This document shows positions 49,167-59,343 of a stretch of DNA of 64,000 nucleotides, in pieces (within the stretch, counting starts at the first letter, position 1; every line of letters starts with the position of its first letter). The translations under genes were made by a program, and so were the position numbers. The DNA comes from a bacterium (lineage in GTDB: Bacteria; UBA8248), in the NCBI GenBank assembly GCA_965199855.1, contig OZ241326.1:1504001-1568000 (forward strand), written 5' to 3'. A model generated the notes under the pieces. The model did not search any database. It saw only the letters and a list, made by a program, of their open reading frames with translations, and had not been told where the DNA came from.

Positions 49167-50483
49167 ATGAGCGCAGACCCCGCAAATAAACTGAACGTTG
49201 CGAATCGCTCCCTGTTTCATGGCGATAACCTCCCCTTCCTTCGCGCCATCAACAGCAATTCCATTCATCTCATCGCCACCGACCCGCCCTTCAACAAGGG
49301 GCGCGATTTTCACGCCACGCCCGCGAGTCTGGCGTCCGGCGCGTCCTTTCAGGACAGGTGGTCGTGGGAGGATGACGTCCAGCAGGCATGGGTGGATCAG
49401 ATCACGGACGACCACCCGAAGCTCATGGAGGCGATAGAGAGCGCGAGATACGCCCATTCGGACGGCATGGGGGCGTATATGTGCTTCATGGCCGTCAGGC
49501 TTCTGGAGATGAAGCGGATACTCCGGGAAGACGGAAGCGTCTATCTGCATTGCGACCCTACGGCCTCGCATTACTTGAAGGCAACGATGGACGCGATTTT
49601 CGGATACAAGAATTTCAGGAACGAGATTGTTTGGTGCTATACGGGACCCGGGAACACCAAGCGTTGGTTCCCCCGCAAGCACGACACGATCCTTTCCTAT
49701 TCAAAGGGAAAAGGCGCTGTATTCAACGCGGACGCTGTGCGTGTGCCGTATGTGAAACTCGAAACAGGGAAGACATCGGGCATTTTCAAGACGGCTGCAA
49801 CCCTCTCTAAGCGAGGCAAGGTCGTTGAGGATTGGTGGGCAAACTTTTCAACCGTTGGGCGAATCGCCCGCGAACGCACGGGCTACCCCACCCAAAAGCC
49901 TCTCGCCCTCTACGAGCGCATCATCAAGGCTTCATCCAACGAAGGCGATAGCGTCCTTGATCCATTCTGCGGTTGCGCCACGACGCTGGTCGCCGCCGAG
50001 AGGCTCAATCGTCAATGGATCGGCATTGATATCTGGGACAAGGCCCATGAGACGGTCATCAGGAGACTGCAGGACGAGGGACTGGCGGCTCCCGACGGCG
50101 ACACGGGAGGACGCCTTTTCACGGCCGGGCAGATCGCGTATTCAAAGGAGCCTCCCGTCCGAACCGACGAGGGAGAGGAAGCCGTCCCGTTTCTCAGAAC
50201 GAAACTGCGCGTGGACGAACCGAAGGATCGCCGGATGAGCCGGGCGGAAATGCTGGCGTTCCTGCTGGATCAAAACGGCTCCAGATGCCAGGGGTGCGAC
50301 AGGGAATTCGACGACTCGCGCTACCTGGAGCTCGACCACAACACGCCGCGCTCCGACGGCGGACTGAACCATATCAGCAACAGGATTCTCCTGTGCGGCC
50401 CCTGCAACAAGCTCAAAAGCAACCGGTTCACCCTGTCGGGCCTGCGCCGCGAGAACAAGAAACTCGGCTACATGGCCGGGTAG
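49167..50483 (+). CDS. DNA N6A/N4C methyltransferase fused to a C-terminal HNH endonuclease
   Basis: TDPPF, GYPTQKP and LDPFCGC; C-terminal C..C, LELDH..PRS.GG, N..LLC..CN..K. Confidence 0.92.
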   Translation: MSADPANKLNVANRSLFHGDNLPFLRAINSNSIHLIATDPPFNKGRDFHATPASLASGASFQDRWSWEDDVQQAWVDQITDDHPKLMEAIESARYAHSDGMGAYMCFMAVRLLEMKRILREDGSVYLHCDPTASHYLKATMDAIFGYKNFRNEIVWCYTGPGNTKRWFPRKHDTILSYSKGKGAVFNADAVRVPYVKLETGKTSGIFKTAATLSKRGKVVEDWWANFSTVGRIARERTGYPTQKPLALYERIIKASSNEGDSVLDPFCGCATTLVAAERLNRQWIGIDIWDKAHETVIRRLQDEGLAAPDGDTGGRLFTAGQIAYSKEPPVRTDEGEEAVPFLRTKLRVDEPKDRRMSRAEMLAFLLDQNGSRCQGCDREFDDSRYLELDHNTPRSDGGLNHISNRILLCGPCNKLKSNRFTLSGLRRENKKLGYMAG

Positions 50484-50496
50484 GGGGGAGGACAAC

Positions 50497-51036
50497 ATGG
50501 GGTGCGTCGTGGATTACATCGCGGGCATCGCGGACTTCATCAAGAACTCTTTTGTGATTCTGTCGGTGGGGGCGTTCGTCCTCTATGTTCATTCGCGGGG
50601 ATGGCGTGTCTGCTGGCACAAGTTCGTGAGGGCTGGGATTCTTGGGAAAGACCAGAGGCATAGGGTTGAAATCGGAAATGTTGGCCCCCGTTGGGATGTG
50701 CTTCAGGATGCGATCGAAGGTAAAAATTGGGTTTCGGCTCAAATCAAGCGTGAAAATGGTGAAAATGCCATGCTACTTGAGGAAAGCCTCCAGATGTTCA
50801 TTCTCAATCAAACTACCGTTCAAAATAGCGACTATCTGGATATCCTGACAGATCGGGAAGTTAGTAAAAAAAAACTGTTTCGCAGTGGTGGTGAGGGGTC
50901 CAGAGGGATTTTGAAAGTATATTTTCATCCTACCTTGGACAAATTTGTTTTCACAGTGCGCGGAGAGCATTGCTGGCACTACATCCGCACGCCTTCCCTT
51001 ATCGCCAAGCTGTTTGGAGAGGAGCCGAAGCCATGA
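50497..51036 (+). CDS. Hypothetical protein with an N-terminal TM helix, AT-richer
   Basis: GGAGG RBS; starts 13 nt after the MTase-HNH stop; hydrophobic FVILSVGAFVLYV. Confidence 0.65.
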   Translation: MGCVVDYIAGIADFIKNSFVILSVGAFVLYVHSRGWRVCWHKFVRAGILGKDQRHRVEIGNVGPRWDVLQDAIEGKNWVSAQIKRENGENAMLLEESLQMFILNQTTVQNSDYLDILTDREVSKKKLFRSGGEGSRGILKVYFHPTLDKFVFTVRGEHCWHYIRTPSLIAKLFGEEPKP

Positions 51037-51239
51037 CCCTCACCACCATCTTCACCGTCATCGTTGTATTTTTGCTTTCCGTGTTCGTTCTTTTGACGCT
51101 GGCTGATCTTGTGATGCTGGCGATTGACCATTGGAAGGAGAGGGAAAAACCGATGAAGAAGTTTGCTTTGGCGGTTGCGGTGGTGGTTTCCCTCTGTCTC
51201 GCCGGCCCCGCTTGGGGAAGCGGTGAGACTGTCCAGTAG
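51033..51239 (+). CDS. Small hydrophobic ORF, possibly a remnant with a truncated signal peptide
   Basis: ATGA overlap with the upstream stop; a TM helix, then an internal RBS and ATG at 51153 giving MKKFALAVAVVVSLCLAGPAWG. Confidence 0.4.
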   Translation: MTLTTIFTVIVVFLLSVFVLLTLADLVMLAIDHWKEREKPMKKFALAVAVVVSLCLAGPAWGSGETVQ

Positions 51240-51313
51240 ATGGAGCGGCGGGCGAAGCAGAATGATGGGGCATGACCGCGCCTACCCGGCCGGGCGGCTC
51301 TCCGGGGATTCGT

Positions 51314-53305
51314 CTAGTTTCCCGCTCTTGGGACTCCCCCGCCTTCGAGCGCCTCGTGCGGCGCGACCATCCCGATGCGGCGGATTCTTCCGCCCTGCGC
51401 CGAGAGCGCGAACAGCTCGCGCCGCGCGTCGCCCTCCGCGCCCATGTCCGTCCGCCCCGCTGCGCCCTCGAAGCCCCGGAGGGCGGCGAGATATTCGCGG
51501 ACCTGCTCCCTCGTTCGCGCCCCCTCCGCGATCGCCGAGAAGATGATGCGCGCCGCGTCGTGCCCGAGGGCGGAGAAGAGGTCGGGCTTTCTCCCGAACC
51601 GGCTTTCGTATTCGCCCGCGAAGCGCGCGACTTCCGGCTCTTCCGCGCCGGCGAAGAACCCGGCGACGAATACGGCGCCTTCCACGTAGCGCTCCCCGCG
51701 CTCGAGGAGGCGGGGGCTGTTCCAGCCGCCGCCGCCCAGAAGCCGGACGCCGCGCATGTTGTAGAAGGGCAGCTGCGGCGCGATGAGAACCGCCTTGTCG
51801 TGGCGAACGGGGAGGAAGAGCGCCTCGAAGTCCAGCTCGACCTCGAGCGGGTCCGACTTCCCCGGGCCGGGCGCGAGCTTTCTCCTCGCCAGCTGCCTGT
51901 CGTCCATGCCGCCCAGGGCGCGCATCTGCGCCCCGAAGTCGATCGCGTTCGCGGGAAACGAGACGATTCTGACGACCTCGCCCCCCAGGCTCCCCGCCGC
52001 CCGCGCGAAGGCGTCCGTCAGCTCCCTGCCGTCCCTGTCGTCGGGATGGAGAACGGCGAAGCGCCTCAGCCCCAGACCCCGGACGGCGTAGGCGGCGGCG
52101 CCCCTGCCCTGCATCCGGTTCGTGAGCGAGTTCCGAAACACCCAGGCGAACTCCGGGTTCATGCGCATTCGCGCCGCGAACGGCGTGAGGAGCGGCGTCT
52201 CAAGGCGGTTCGCGACTCGGGCGGCGGATTCCGCCGCCTCGGTCAGGAGCGGGCCGATGAGGGCGACGACCTTTTCCTTCTCGATCAATTCGGCCGCGAG
52301 CCGCGCCGCCTCGCCCGCGGAGCGCGCCGCGCTTCTCGTGTCCCGCACCGCGAGCTGAATCCGCAGGCCGGGGCGCCTCGCCAGGCTGCGCCGGAGCGCC
52401 AGCCGGATGCCCCGATAGACGCGCTCGCCCGCCGAGGCGGCTGCGCCCGATAGCGGCAGCAGGATGCCCACGCGCGCGGAAGGCGGGGGCGCGGGCGCTT
52501 TCGCCCGCTCGGGGGGAGCGGCGCGCGCGGCGCCGGCGGGCTTCGCCCGCCTGGTTCTTTCCGCCAGCGCCGCTCTCAGATACGGCTCGACCGGCGAGTT
52601 CGCGAGACGCCCGACCGCCCGCAGAAGCCGGCGCGGACGGATTTTTTTCGCCAGCGCCCCGACGCGCCGGATGAGCAGGTCTTTCCGGTGGATTTCCGGG
52701 TCGCTCCCGACGGCGCGCCCGTAGGCGAGCAGGGCGGAGAAGGCGTCTCCGCGCTTTTCATAAACCTCGCCCAGAGCGGCTTCGAGCAGGGCGCGCCTTT
52801 TCGGGTCGGTTTCGCGGCGCAGGCTGCCTCTCAGCGGAATGCGCGCCCGCTCGTGCCGGCCGGCGGCCTGGAGCGTCAATCCCAGGTAAAACGCGCTTTC
52901 GGGATACAGGGGCGAGAGGGGGAATCGCTCCTGAAGCCGCTCCAGGCTTGCGGCGGCCGCCCCCAGGTCTCCGCGCCCGAGCTCGCGCTTCGCCATATCC
53001 AGCAGCGCCTGATCCGCTCCGGGAGCGTCCGGCCGCTTCTCCACCCTCTCTTTCAGCGCGGCCAGCGGCGTCTTGGGCTGCGCCGGGACGGGCGCGGACC
53101 ACCTTCCGGGCTCCGCGGCGAGCGCTTTCCGGGGAGCGTCCCCGGCCGTTCGCGCGAGCTTTTCCGGCGTCCTCGCGCCTTCGGCCTTCGGCGCGGGAGC
53201 GGATGGCGTCTTTCGGGCGGGCGGGGCGGCGCAGCCCGAGAGGAGCGCGGCGGCGAGAGAGGCGCTCCATGCGAGTTTCAGGATGAGGGTCGGCATTTTC
53301 GTCAC
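51314..53305 (-). CDS. LpoA/LppC-like lipoprotein (TPR region plus periplasmic binding protein fold)
   Basis: Lipobox LSGC, a TPR region, then VGILLPLSG, IGPL and SALGHDA. Confidence 0.8.
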   Translation of the reverse strand: MTKMPTLILKLAWSASLAAALLSGCAAPPARKTPSAPAPKAEGARTPEKLARTAGDAPRKALAAEPGRWSAPVPAQPKTPLAALKERVEKRPDAPGADQALLDMAKRELGRGDLGAAAASLERLQERFPLSPLYPESAFYLGLTLQAAGRHERARIPLRGSLRRETDPKRRALLEAALGEVYEKRGDAFSALLAYGRAVGSDPEIHRKDLLIRRVGALAKKIRPRRLLRAVGRLANSPVEPYLRAALAERTRRAKPAGAARAAPPERAKAPAPPPSARVGILLPLSGAAASAGERVYRGIRLALRRSLARRPGLRIQLAVRDTRSAARSAGEAARLAAELIEKEKVVALIGPLLTEAAESAARVANRLETPLLTPFAARMRMNPEFAWVFRNSLTNRMQGRGAAAYAVRGLGLRRFAVLHPDDRDGRELTDAFARAAGSLGGEVVRIVSFPANAIDFGAQMRALGGMDDRQLARRKLAPGPGKSDPLEVELDFEALFLPVRHDKAVLIAPQLPFYNMRGVRLLGGGGWNSPRLLERGERYVEGAVFVAGFFAGAEEPEVARFAGEYESRFGRKPDLFSALGHDAARIIFSAIAEGARTREQVREYLAALRGFEGAAGRTDMGAEGDARRELFALSAQGGRIRRIGMVAPHEALEGGGVPRAGN

Positions 53306-53560
53306 GTCTCGCGGGTGAGAGCGTCTGGCGGGAGGGTAAGAGCCGCGCGGCGGAGTGTCAAGGCGCGTGAATCGGGCGGGCGGGAGTAGAATTTTCCCGG
53401 ACGGGTGATATTCTGTCCTCGCCCGCCGCTTGAGGACGCGCGGGCGTCCGTGGCGCCGGGGGGCGCTGTCGGGGATTCGCGCGTATGAGAATGCCGGTTC
53501 CCGACCGCGCCCCGGAGCCGATTCGTTTGCTCACCGCCCTTCTTCTGACAGAGGGCCATC

Positions 53561-54616
53561 GTGCCTGGCGATTCGACGTATCCTTTGGCCATCGACATCG
53601 GGAGCTCCGCCGTCAAGCTCGTCCAGCTCGGCAGGGAGGGGGGGCGTCTTTTTCTCTCCCGCCTGGGGGCGGCTTCCCTGCCTCCGGGCGCCGCGCGAGG
53701 CGGCTTCGCGCGGAACGCCGGCGAAGTCATGCGGGTGGTGGAGGAGTTGATCTCCGCGGAGGGGGCGGAGGACAAAAAGGTCGTCGTGGCGCTGTCCGGC
53801 GCTGCGGCGATTCTGAGGCCGGCGCTTCTGCCCTCGGAGGAGGATTTCCCCGTCGCCGACGCCCTGGAGGCCGAAGCCGCGCAGACGCTGCCCGTCCCCC
53901 TGGATGAGGTGCGCCTGTCCCATCTGCGAATCGGGCGCCTGGAAAGACCGGGCGGGAGCATGGATGAGTATCTGATGATCGCCGCAAGGCGAAGACCGCT
54001 CGAGGCGCTGCTCGATGCGCTCAGGGACGCGGACTGTGAGCCGGTGATAGTGGACGTGAACTTTCTGGCGATGGAGAGCGCTTTCGAGCTCTCGGGCATG
54101 CGCCGGGAGGGAGAGACCGTCGCCCTGGCGGACGTCGGCGCGTCCTCGACCCTGGTGAACGTGGGGCGCGACGCGCATACCTTGATGGCGCGCGCCATTC
54201 CCTCCGGCGGAGCGGGGCTGACGAAATCGCTGGCGAATCGCCTGGGCGTTTCCGAGGAAGAGGCGGAAGCCGTCAAGAGGGGGGAGGCTTCTCCCCCGGA
54301 TCCGCAGGCCGCGGCCGACGTCATCCGGGAGGAGGTGGAGAATCTGGCTCTCGAGCTGGAGCGAACCTTCCGGCTGATGTGGCGGCCGTCCTCCGGGCAA
54401 TACGTGGATCGGGTGGTTTTGTCCGGCGGCGGCGCCTTGCTGGAGGGTCTGCCGGCGCGTCTGGCGGAGGCGCTCGATTTGCCCGTGGAAGTCATCGAGC
54501 CGTTTCGCCGCGTCGAGACGGCCGGCGAGCGGGTCGAGCCGCGCCTTGCGGAGTCGCTCTCGCCCCTCGCCGCCATCGGCGCGGGCCTGGCGTATCGCGC
54601 GGCGGAATCCGCATGA
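53561..54616 (+). CDS. pilM: Type IV pilus assembly protein PilM (actin-like)
   Basis: AIDIGSSAVK.V, VDV..LA, DVGASST and VVLSGGGA.L.GL. Confidence 0.85.
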   Translation: MPGDSTYPLAIDIGSSAVKLVQLGREGGRLFLSRLGAASLPPGAARGGFARNAGEVMRVVEELISAEGAEDKKVVVALSGAAAILRPALLPSEEDFPVADALEAEAAQTLPVPLDEVRLSHLRIGRLERPGGSMDEYLMIAARRRPLEALLDALRDADCEPVIVDVNFLAMESAFELSGMRREGETVALADVGASSTLVNVGRDAHTLMARAIPSGGAGLTKSLANRLGVSEEEAEAVKRGEASPPDPQAAADVIREEVENLALELERTFRLMWRPSSGQYVDRVVLSGGGALLEGLPARLAEALDLPVEVIEPFRRVETAGERVEPRLAESLSPLAAIGAGLAYRAAESA

Positions 54617-55698
54617 AGAGCGTCAGGGTTCGCTTGGGGGATCGATCCTACGCGATTCGCATCGGGGCGGGCGCTCTCGATGATATCGGCGAAATCTCCC
54701 GCCGTCATTTCAAGGGCGAAAGGGCGCTCGTCGTCACGGACGGCAACGTTGCGCCGCTCTACGCCGACAAAACCCTGGGCGCGCTCGAACGCGCGGGCGT
54801 CGGGGCGTCCCTGCTGAGGATTCCGGCGGGGGAGAGAAGCAAATCGCTCCGGCAGCTGTCGAGAATCCTGGACAGGATGGCCTCCCTGAAGCTGGGCAGG
54901 GACTGCGGCGTCGTCGCCCTGGGCGGCGGCGTGGTGGGCGATGTCGCCGGGTTCGCGTCGGCCGTTTTCCTGAGGGGCGTTCCTTGTGTTCAGGCGCCGA
55001 CGACCCTTCTGGCCCAGGTGGACAGCGCGGTGGGCGGCAAGACGGCGATTGATCACGCGCTCGGCAAAAACCTCGTGGGCGCGTTCCATCAGCCCGCAGC
55101 CGTGGTGAGCGATATTTCCGCGCTGGCGACCTTGCCGGAGCGCGAATTCAGGGCGGGGCTGGCCGAGGCGGTGAAGCACGCGGCTATCGCGGACGGGCGT
55201 CTTTTCGCCTTTTTCGAGAAGAGCGCGGAGCGGGTTCTCGACCGGGACCCGGACGTGATGGCAAGGGTCGTCGCCTCGAACTGCCGCATCAAGGCCAGGG
55301 TGGTCGAGCGGGACGAGCGCGAGACCGGGCTGCGGCAGATTCTGAACTACGGCCACACGCTCGGACACGCGATCGAGGCGCTGGCGGGCTATTCCTCCCG
55401 ACTGCTTCACGGGGAAGCCGTCGCCATCGGCATGGCCGCGGCTGGCCGGATATCCCGCGAAATGGGGTTTTGCGCGCCGGGGGAGGCGGAGAGGCTGGCA
55501 GCCCTGCTGGAGCGTTTCGGGCTGCCCGCGCGGATGAAGGAGCCGCCGAAGCTATCGGTCTTGAAGAAGCTGCTCGCCGGCGACAAGAAAACGCGCCGGG
55601 GGAGTCCGCGCTTCGTCCTGATGCGGAAAATCGGCGAGGCGGCGCCCGGCGCCGAAGTCCCGCCCCGCCTGTGGCGCGGCGCTCTCGCCGGCTCCTGA
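54613..55698 (+). CDS. aroB: 3-dehydroquinate synthase
   Basis: GGGVVGD, PTTLLAQVDS.VGGK, LNYGHT and HGEAV. Confidence 0.96.
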   Translation: MKSVRVRLGDRSYAIRIGAGALDDIGEISRRHFKGERALVVTDGNVAPLYADKTLGALERAGVGASLLRIPAGERSKSLRQLSRILDRMASLKLGRDCGVVALGGGVVGDVAGFASAVFLRGVPCVQAPTTLLAQVDSAVGGKTAIDHALGKNLVGAFHQPAAVVSDISALATLPEREFRAGLAEAVKHAAIADGRLFAFFEKSAERVLDRDPDVMARVVASNCRIKARVVERDERETGLRQILNYGHTLGHAIEALAGYSSRLLHGEAVAIGMAAAGRISREMGFCAPGEAERLAALLERFGLPARMKEPPKLSVLKKLLAGDKKTRRGSPRFVLMRKIGEAAPGAEVPPRLWRGALAGS

Positions 55699-55729
55699 CG
55701 CGCCGGACGGCTCCTCCTCCCCGGGTTCG

Positions 55730-55758
55730 TTGACGCCCCCGCCGGCGTTTTCTACCAT
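55730..55758 (+). promoter_or_regulatory. Putative internal sigma70 promoter for aroQ-peptidase-efp
   Basis: TTGACG, 17 nt, TACCAT. Confidence 0.5.
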
Positions 55759-55812
55759 GCCGCACCGGAGCCTGGGCGGAGGCGCCGCGAGCCACTCTTT
55801 TCGAGCGAACCC

Positions 55813-56307
55813 GTGAGAATACTTCTTCTGAACGGCCCGAATCTCAACCTGCTGGGAAAGCGCGAGCCCGAGGTGTATGGCGAGACCACGCTGGCCGAAC
55901 TCGAGGCGGCGCTCACCCGAATGGCGGAGGGGGAGGGCGTGGAGCTGGAGTGCTTTCAGTCCAACGTCGAGGGGGAGCTCATCGACGCCCTCCAGCGCGC
56001 GGGAGGCGCCAGGCCGCCTCGATCGGGGGCGGCGCCCTCCGGGGAATGCGCGGCCTGCGTTTTCAATCCGGGAGGCTATACCCACACCAGCGTCGCGCTC
56101 AGGGACGCCGTAGGCGGGCTGGACGTGCCCGTCTATGAAGTGCACATCTCCAACGTCCTGAAGCGCGAGGACTTCAGGCATCGCTCGATGATTGGCCCGG
56201 TGGCGGCGGGAACCATCATCGGATACGGACTCGAAGGCTACGCCCTGGCTTTGCGGGCGGCGATAGATCGCCACGTCAAGGCGCTGAAATTCCCGCCGGA
56301 GGCGTGA
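55813..56307 (+). CDS. aroQ: Type II 3-dehydroquinate dehydratase
   Basis: LNGPNLNLLGKREPEVYG, QSN.EG, NPGGYTHTS and EVHISN. Confidence 0.96.
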   Translation: MRILLLNGPNLNLLGKREPEVYGETTLAELEAALTRMAEGEGVELECFQSNVEGELIDALQRAGGARPPRSGAAPSGECAACVFNPGGYTHTSVALRDAVGGLDVPVYEVHISNVLKREDFRHRSMIGPVAAGTIIGYGLEGYALALRAAIDRHVKALKFPPEA

Positions 56308-57377
56308 TGAAGCAGCGACTGGGCGCCTTGCGGAAGGCGATGCGGCGGCGCGGCCTGCGCGCCCTCGCCGTGACGGACATGAAGAACGTCCGCTATCTGA
56401 CCGGATTCACCGGTTCGGCGGGCGCCTGTCTGGTCTCCATGGGAAGCGCCGTTTTCATCACGGATTTCAGATACCGCTCACAGGCGGCGAAAGAGGTGTC
56501 GCCCGATTACCGCCGCGCCGAGCATTCATCCCCCATCGAGGGGATCGCGCGGGAGGTTGGGAGAACCAGGGCGGACGCGCTCGCCTTCGAGGAGGCGAGC
56601 CTCACCCACGCCGCTTTCAGGCGACTCAGGAAACTCGCCGGGGGCGTGCGCCTGAAGCCCTCCTCGGGCCTTGTGGAGAGCTTGAGGCGCCGCAAGGATT
56701 CGGGCGAAATTCAGAAATTGAGGCGTGGCGCAAGGCTCAACGCCGAGGCGTTGGACGAGACCCTGAGCGCGATTCGCCCGGGGCGGGCGGAATCGGAGGT
56801 CGCCCTCGATCTCGAGGCCGCGATGAGGAGGCGGGGAGCCTCCGGCGCCGCTTTCGAGACCATCGTCGCCTCCGGTCCGCGCTCGGCGCTTCCGCACGGC
56901 GTCGCCTCGTCGAAGAAACTCAGAAAGGGAGACCTCGTCACCATCGATTTCGGCGCCGTGGCGTCGGGCTACCACGCGGATACGACGCGCGTGTTCTCCC
57001 TCGGCAGGCCTTCGCCCAGGGGCGAGAAGATTCACCGCGTCGTCCTGGAGGCCCAGATGGCGGCGCTCGAGGCCGTGAAGCCGGGCGCGCGCTGCGGGGA
57101 TGTCGATAAGGCCGCCCGCGGCGTCATCAAAAAACACGGCTATGGCGACGCCTTCGGGCATGGAACCGGACACGGGCTGGGACTGGACATCCATGAGGCT
57201 CCCAGGCTGGGCCCGGGGGTGAAGGAGGAGCTGCAGCCGGGCATGGTCGTTACGGTGGAGCCCGGCGTCTATCTCCCCCGCTGGGGCGGCGTCAGAATCG
57301 AGGACATGGTTCTCGTCACCGAACGGGGGAGACAGGTGCTCACCCGTTCGATAACGAAGGAATTGGTCGTTTTATAG
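56304..57377 (+). CDS. Xaa-Pro aminopeptidase/dipeptidase (M24)
   Basis: [30 protein letters not shown] and RIED. Confidence 0.93.
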   Translation: MMKQRLGALRKAMRRRGLRALAVTDMKNVRYLTGFTGSAGACLVSMGSAVFITDFRYRSQAAKEVSPDYRRAEHSSPIEGIAREVGRTRADALAFEEASLTHAAFRRLRKLAGGVRLKPSSGLVESLRRRKDSGEIQKLRRGARLNAEALDETLSAIRPGRAESEVALDLEAAMRRRGASGAAFETIVASGPRSALPHGVASSKKLRKGDLVTIDFGAVASGYHADTTRVFSLGRPSPRGEKIHRVVLEAQMAALEAVKPGARCGDVDKAARGVIKKHGYGDAFGHGTGHGLGLDIHEAPRLGPGVKEELQPGMVVTVEPGVYLPRWGGVRIEDMVLVTERGRQVLTRSITKELVVL

Positions 57378-57411
57378 CGGTTTCGCCTTTCCGCAGGAGG
57401 TTTTTGCTTCC

Positions 57412-57978
57412 ATGCCGTCGACGAGCGACTTTCGCAACGGACTGAAAATCGAACTGGAGAACGAGCCTTTCGCTATCGTGGAGTTCCAGCACGTGAAGCC
57501 GGGCAAGGGCGGCGCCTTCGTGCGCACGAAGCTCAAGAACCTGAAAACGGGCCGCGTCCTGGAGAAGACGTTTCGCTCGGGCGAGTCCGTCGGGGATCCG
57601 CGGATCGAACAAAAGCAGATGCAGTATCTCTACCGGGACGGCGGCGTTTTTTACTTCATGGACACGGGAACGTATGATCAGACGGGGCTGGACGCGGAGA
57701 AGCTCGGCGACAGCGTTAAATTCCTGCGCGAGGAGACGGTCGTCGATATTCTCTTCTACAAGGGCGACGCGATTTCCATCGAGATGCCCACGTTCGTGGA
57801 GCTGGCGATAAGGAAGACGGAGCCGGGCCTGCGGGGCGACACTGCGACGGGCGCGACCAAGCAGGCGGAGCTGGAGACGGGCGCCGCCGTCGCCGTGCCC
57901 TTGTTTCTGAACGAGGGAGACGTCCTGAAAATCGACACGAGGACAGGGGAATACATCGAGCGCGTGAGGACGGCGTAG
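57412..57978 (+). CDS. efp: Translation elongation factor P
   Basis: HVKPGKG.AFVR, GDT and VPLF. Confidence 0.98.
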   Translation: MPSTSDFRNGLKIELENEPFAIVEFQHVKPGKGGAFVRTKLKNLKTGRVLEKTFRSGESVGDPRIEQKQMQYLYRDGGVFYFMDTGTYDQTGLDAEKLGDSVKFLREETVVDILFYKGDAISIEMPTFVELAIRKTEPGLRGDTATGATKQAELETGAAVAVPLFLNEGDVLKIDTRTGEYIERVRTA

Positions 57979-58130
57979 CGGCGCGCCTCCCCGCGTAGTG
58001 AAATCTTGCGATGCGCCTTCGCATGTTGTAAAAACGCTGTGCCGCAGAGGATGAGGCTGCGCTTTGACGATGCGGGCCATCGCTCTGCGTCGGGTTTTCA
58101 AATCGCCTGAAAGAGAGAAGGAGGTTCAAG

Positions 58131-59258
58131 ATGTTCAGGAAAATGTCGTGTTTTTTCGCCATTTTCGCGGCCGCCGCGTTTCTGGCTTCCGCCTCGCAGG
58201 CCGCATCGACGATCAAGATCGGGGTGGCCGGTCCGCTCACGGGCGATCAGGCGGCGTTCGGCGAGATGCTGAGGTTCGGCGCGACGCTCGCCGTCGAGGA
58301 GTGGAACGCCAAGGGCGGCGTGAGCCTCGGCGGCAAGAAGATGAAGGTGGACATTCTCTGGGGCGATGATCGCCACGATCCCAAGGAGGGGGTGGCGATC
58401 GCGCACAGGTTCGTGAACTCGGGCGTCGCCGGCGTCGTCGGCCACTTCAACAGCTCGGTCTCCATTCCGACGTCCACCGTGTATGCGGAGGCGGACGTCG
58501 TCCAGATCACGCCCGCGTCCACGAACCCGAAGCTCACGGAGCAGGGCTTCGGGACGGTGTTCCGCGTCTGCGGGCGCGACGATCAGCAGGGGGAGGTGGC
58601 GGCGGACTTTGTCGTGAACGCGCTGAAGGCCAGGCGCGTGGCCATTCTTCACGACAAAACGACGTATGGCCAGGGACTGGCTGACGAAACGAAGCGGTTT
58701 CTCGAGAAAAAAGGCGTCAAGCCCGTTTTCTACAGCGGGGTCGTGCAGGGCGACAAGGACTATACGCCGGTGCTCACGGCCGCGAAGCAGAAGAATCCGG
58801 AGGTGGTCTATTTCGGGGGCATCCACCCCGAGGCCATTCTGCTGGTGAAGCAGATGCGCGAGCGCCTCGGCATGAAGGCGGCCTTCATGAGCGGAGACGG
58901 CATCGTCACGCCGGAGTATTACAAGATTGCCGGCAAGGCCGCCGAGGGCACCTATCTTACCTTTACGCCGGATCAGAAAAAAATCCCGGCGGCGCAGGCG
59001 ATGATCAAGAATCACCGCAAGCGCTTCGGCAAGGACGTGGGCGCCTACACCATCTACAGCTACGTGGCCGCGAACATGATACTGGCCTCCATTCAGGCCA
59101 CGGGCAGCGCGAAGGGCTCCGGGATCGCCGCCCACATTCGCGGCAGGGCCTGGGAGACGGCGCTGGGGAAGATGCAGTTCGACAAGAAGGGCGACGTGCT
59201 GGAAAGCCCTTACGTGCTCTGGCGGGTGAAAGGCGGAAAATTCGTGGAATTGAACTAG
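58131..59258 (+). CDS. livK: Branched-chain amino acid ABC transporter substrate-binding protein
   Basis: Signal peptide, IGVAGPLTG, GHFNS, RDDQQG and HDKTTYGQG. Confidence 0.9.
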   Translation: MFRKMSCFFAIFAAAAFLASASQAASTIKIGVAGPLTGDQAAFGEMLRFGATLAVEEWNAKGGVSLGGKKMKVDILWGDDRHDPKEGVAIAHRFVNSGVAGVVGHFNSSVSIPTSTVYAEADVVQITPASTNPKLTEQGFGTVFRVCGRDDQQGEVAADFVVNALKARRVAILHDKTTYGQGLADETKRFLEKKGVKPVFYSGVVQGDKDYTPVLTAAKQKNPEVVYFGGIHPEAILLVKQMRERLGMKAAFMSGDGIVTPEYYKIAGKAAEGTYLTFTPDQKKIPAAQAMIKNHRKRFGKDVGAYTIYSYVAANMILASIQATGSAKGSGIAAHIRGRAWETALGKMQFDKKGDVLESPYVLWRVKGGKFVELN

Positions 59259-59283
59259 CGAAGCGTCATCATGATGCATGTCG

Positions 59284-59315
59284 GAAAGGGAGGCGAGAGC
59301 CTCCCTTTCTTTTTT
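59284..59315 (+). terminator. Intra-operon terminator/stem-loop after livK
   Basis: GAAAGGGAGGC-GAGA-GCCTCCCTTTC followed by T6. Confidence 0.8.
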
Positions 59316-59343
59316 CGCCCCGCAATGATGTGAAGATTTCGCC

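Noticed and set aside
49135-49169. Promoter overlapping the MTase-HNH start (TTGATC...TAGAAT)
   Set aside because: The 22-nt spacing is too long and the -10 overlaps the ATG, which does not fit a leaderless or normal transcript.
57979-58130. Riboswitch upstream of livK
   Set aside because: No recognisable aptamer consensus or terminator/antiterminator pair.
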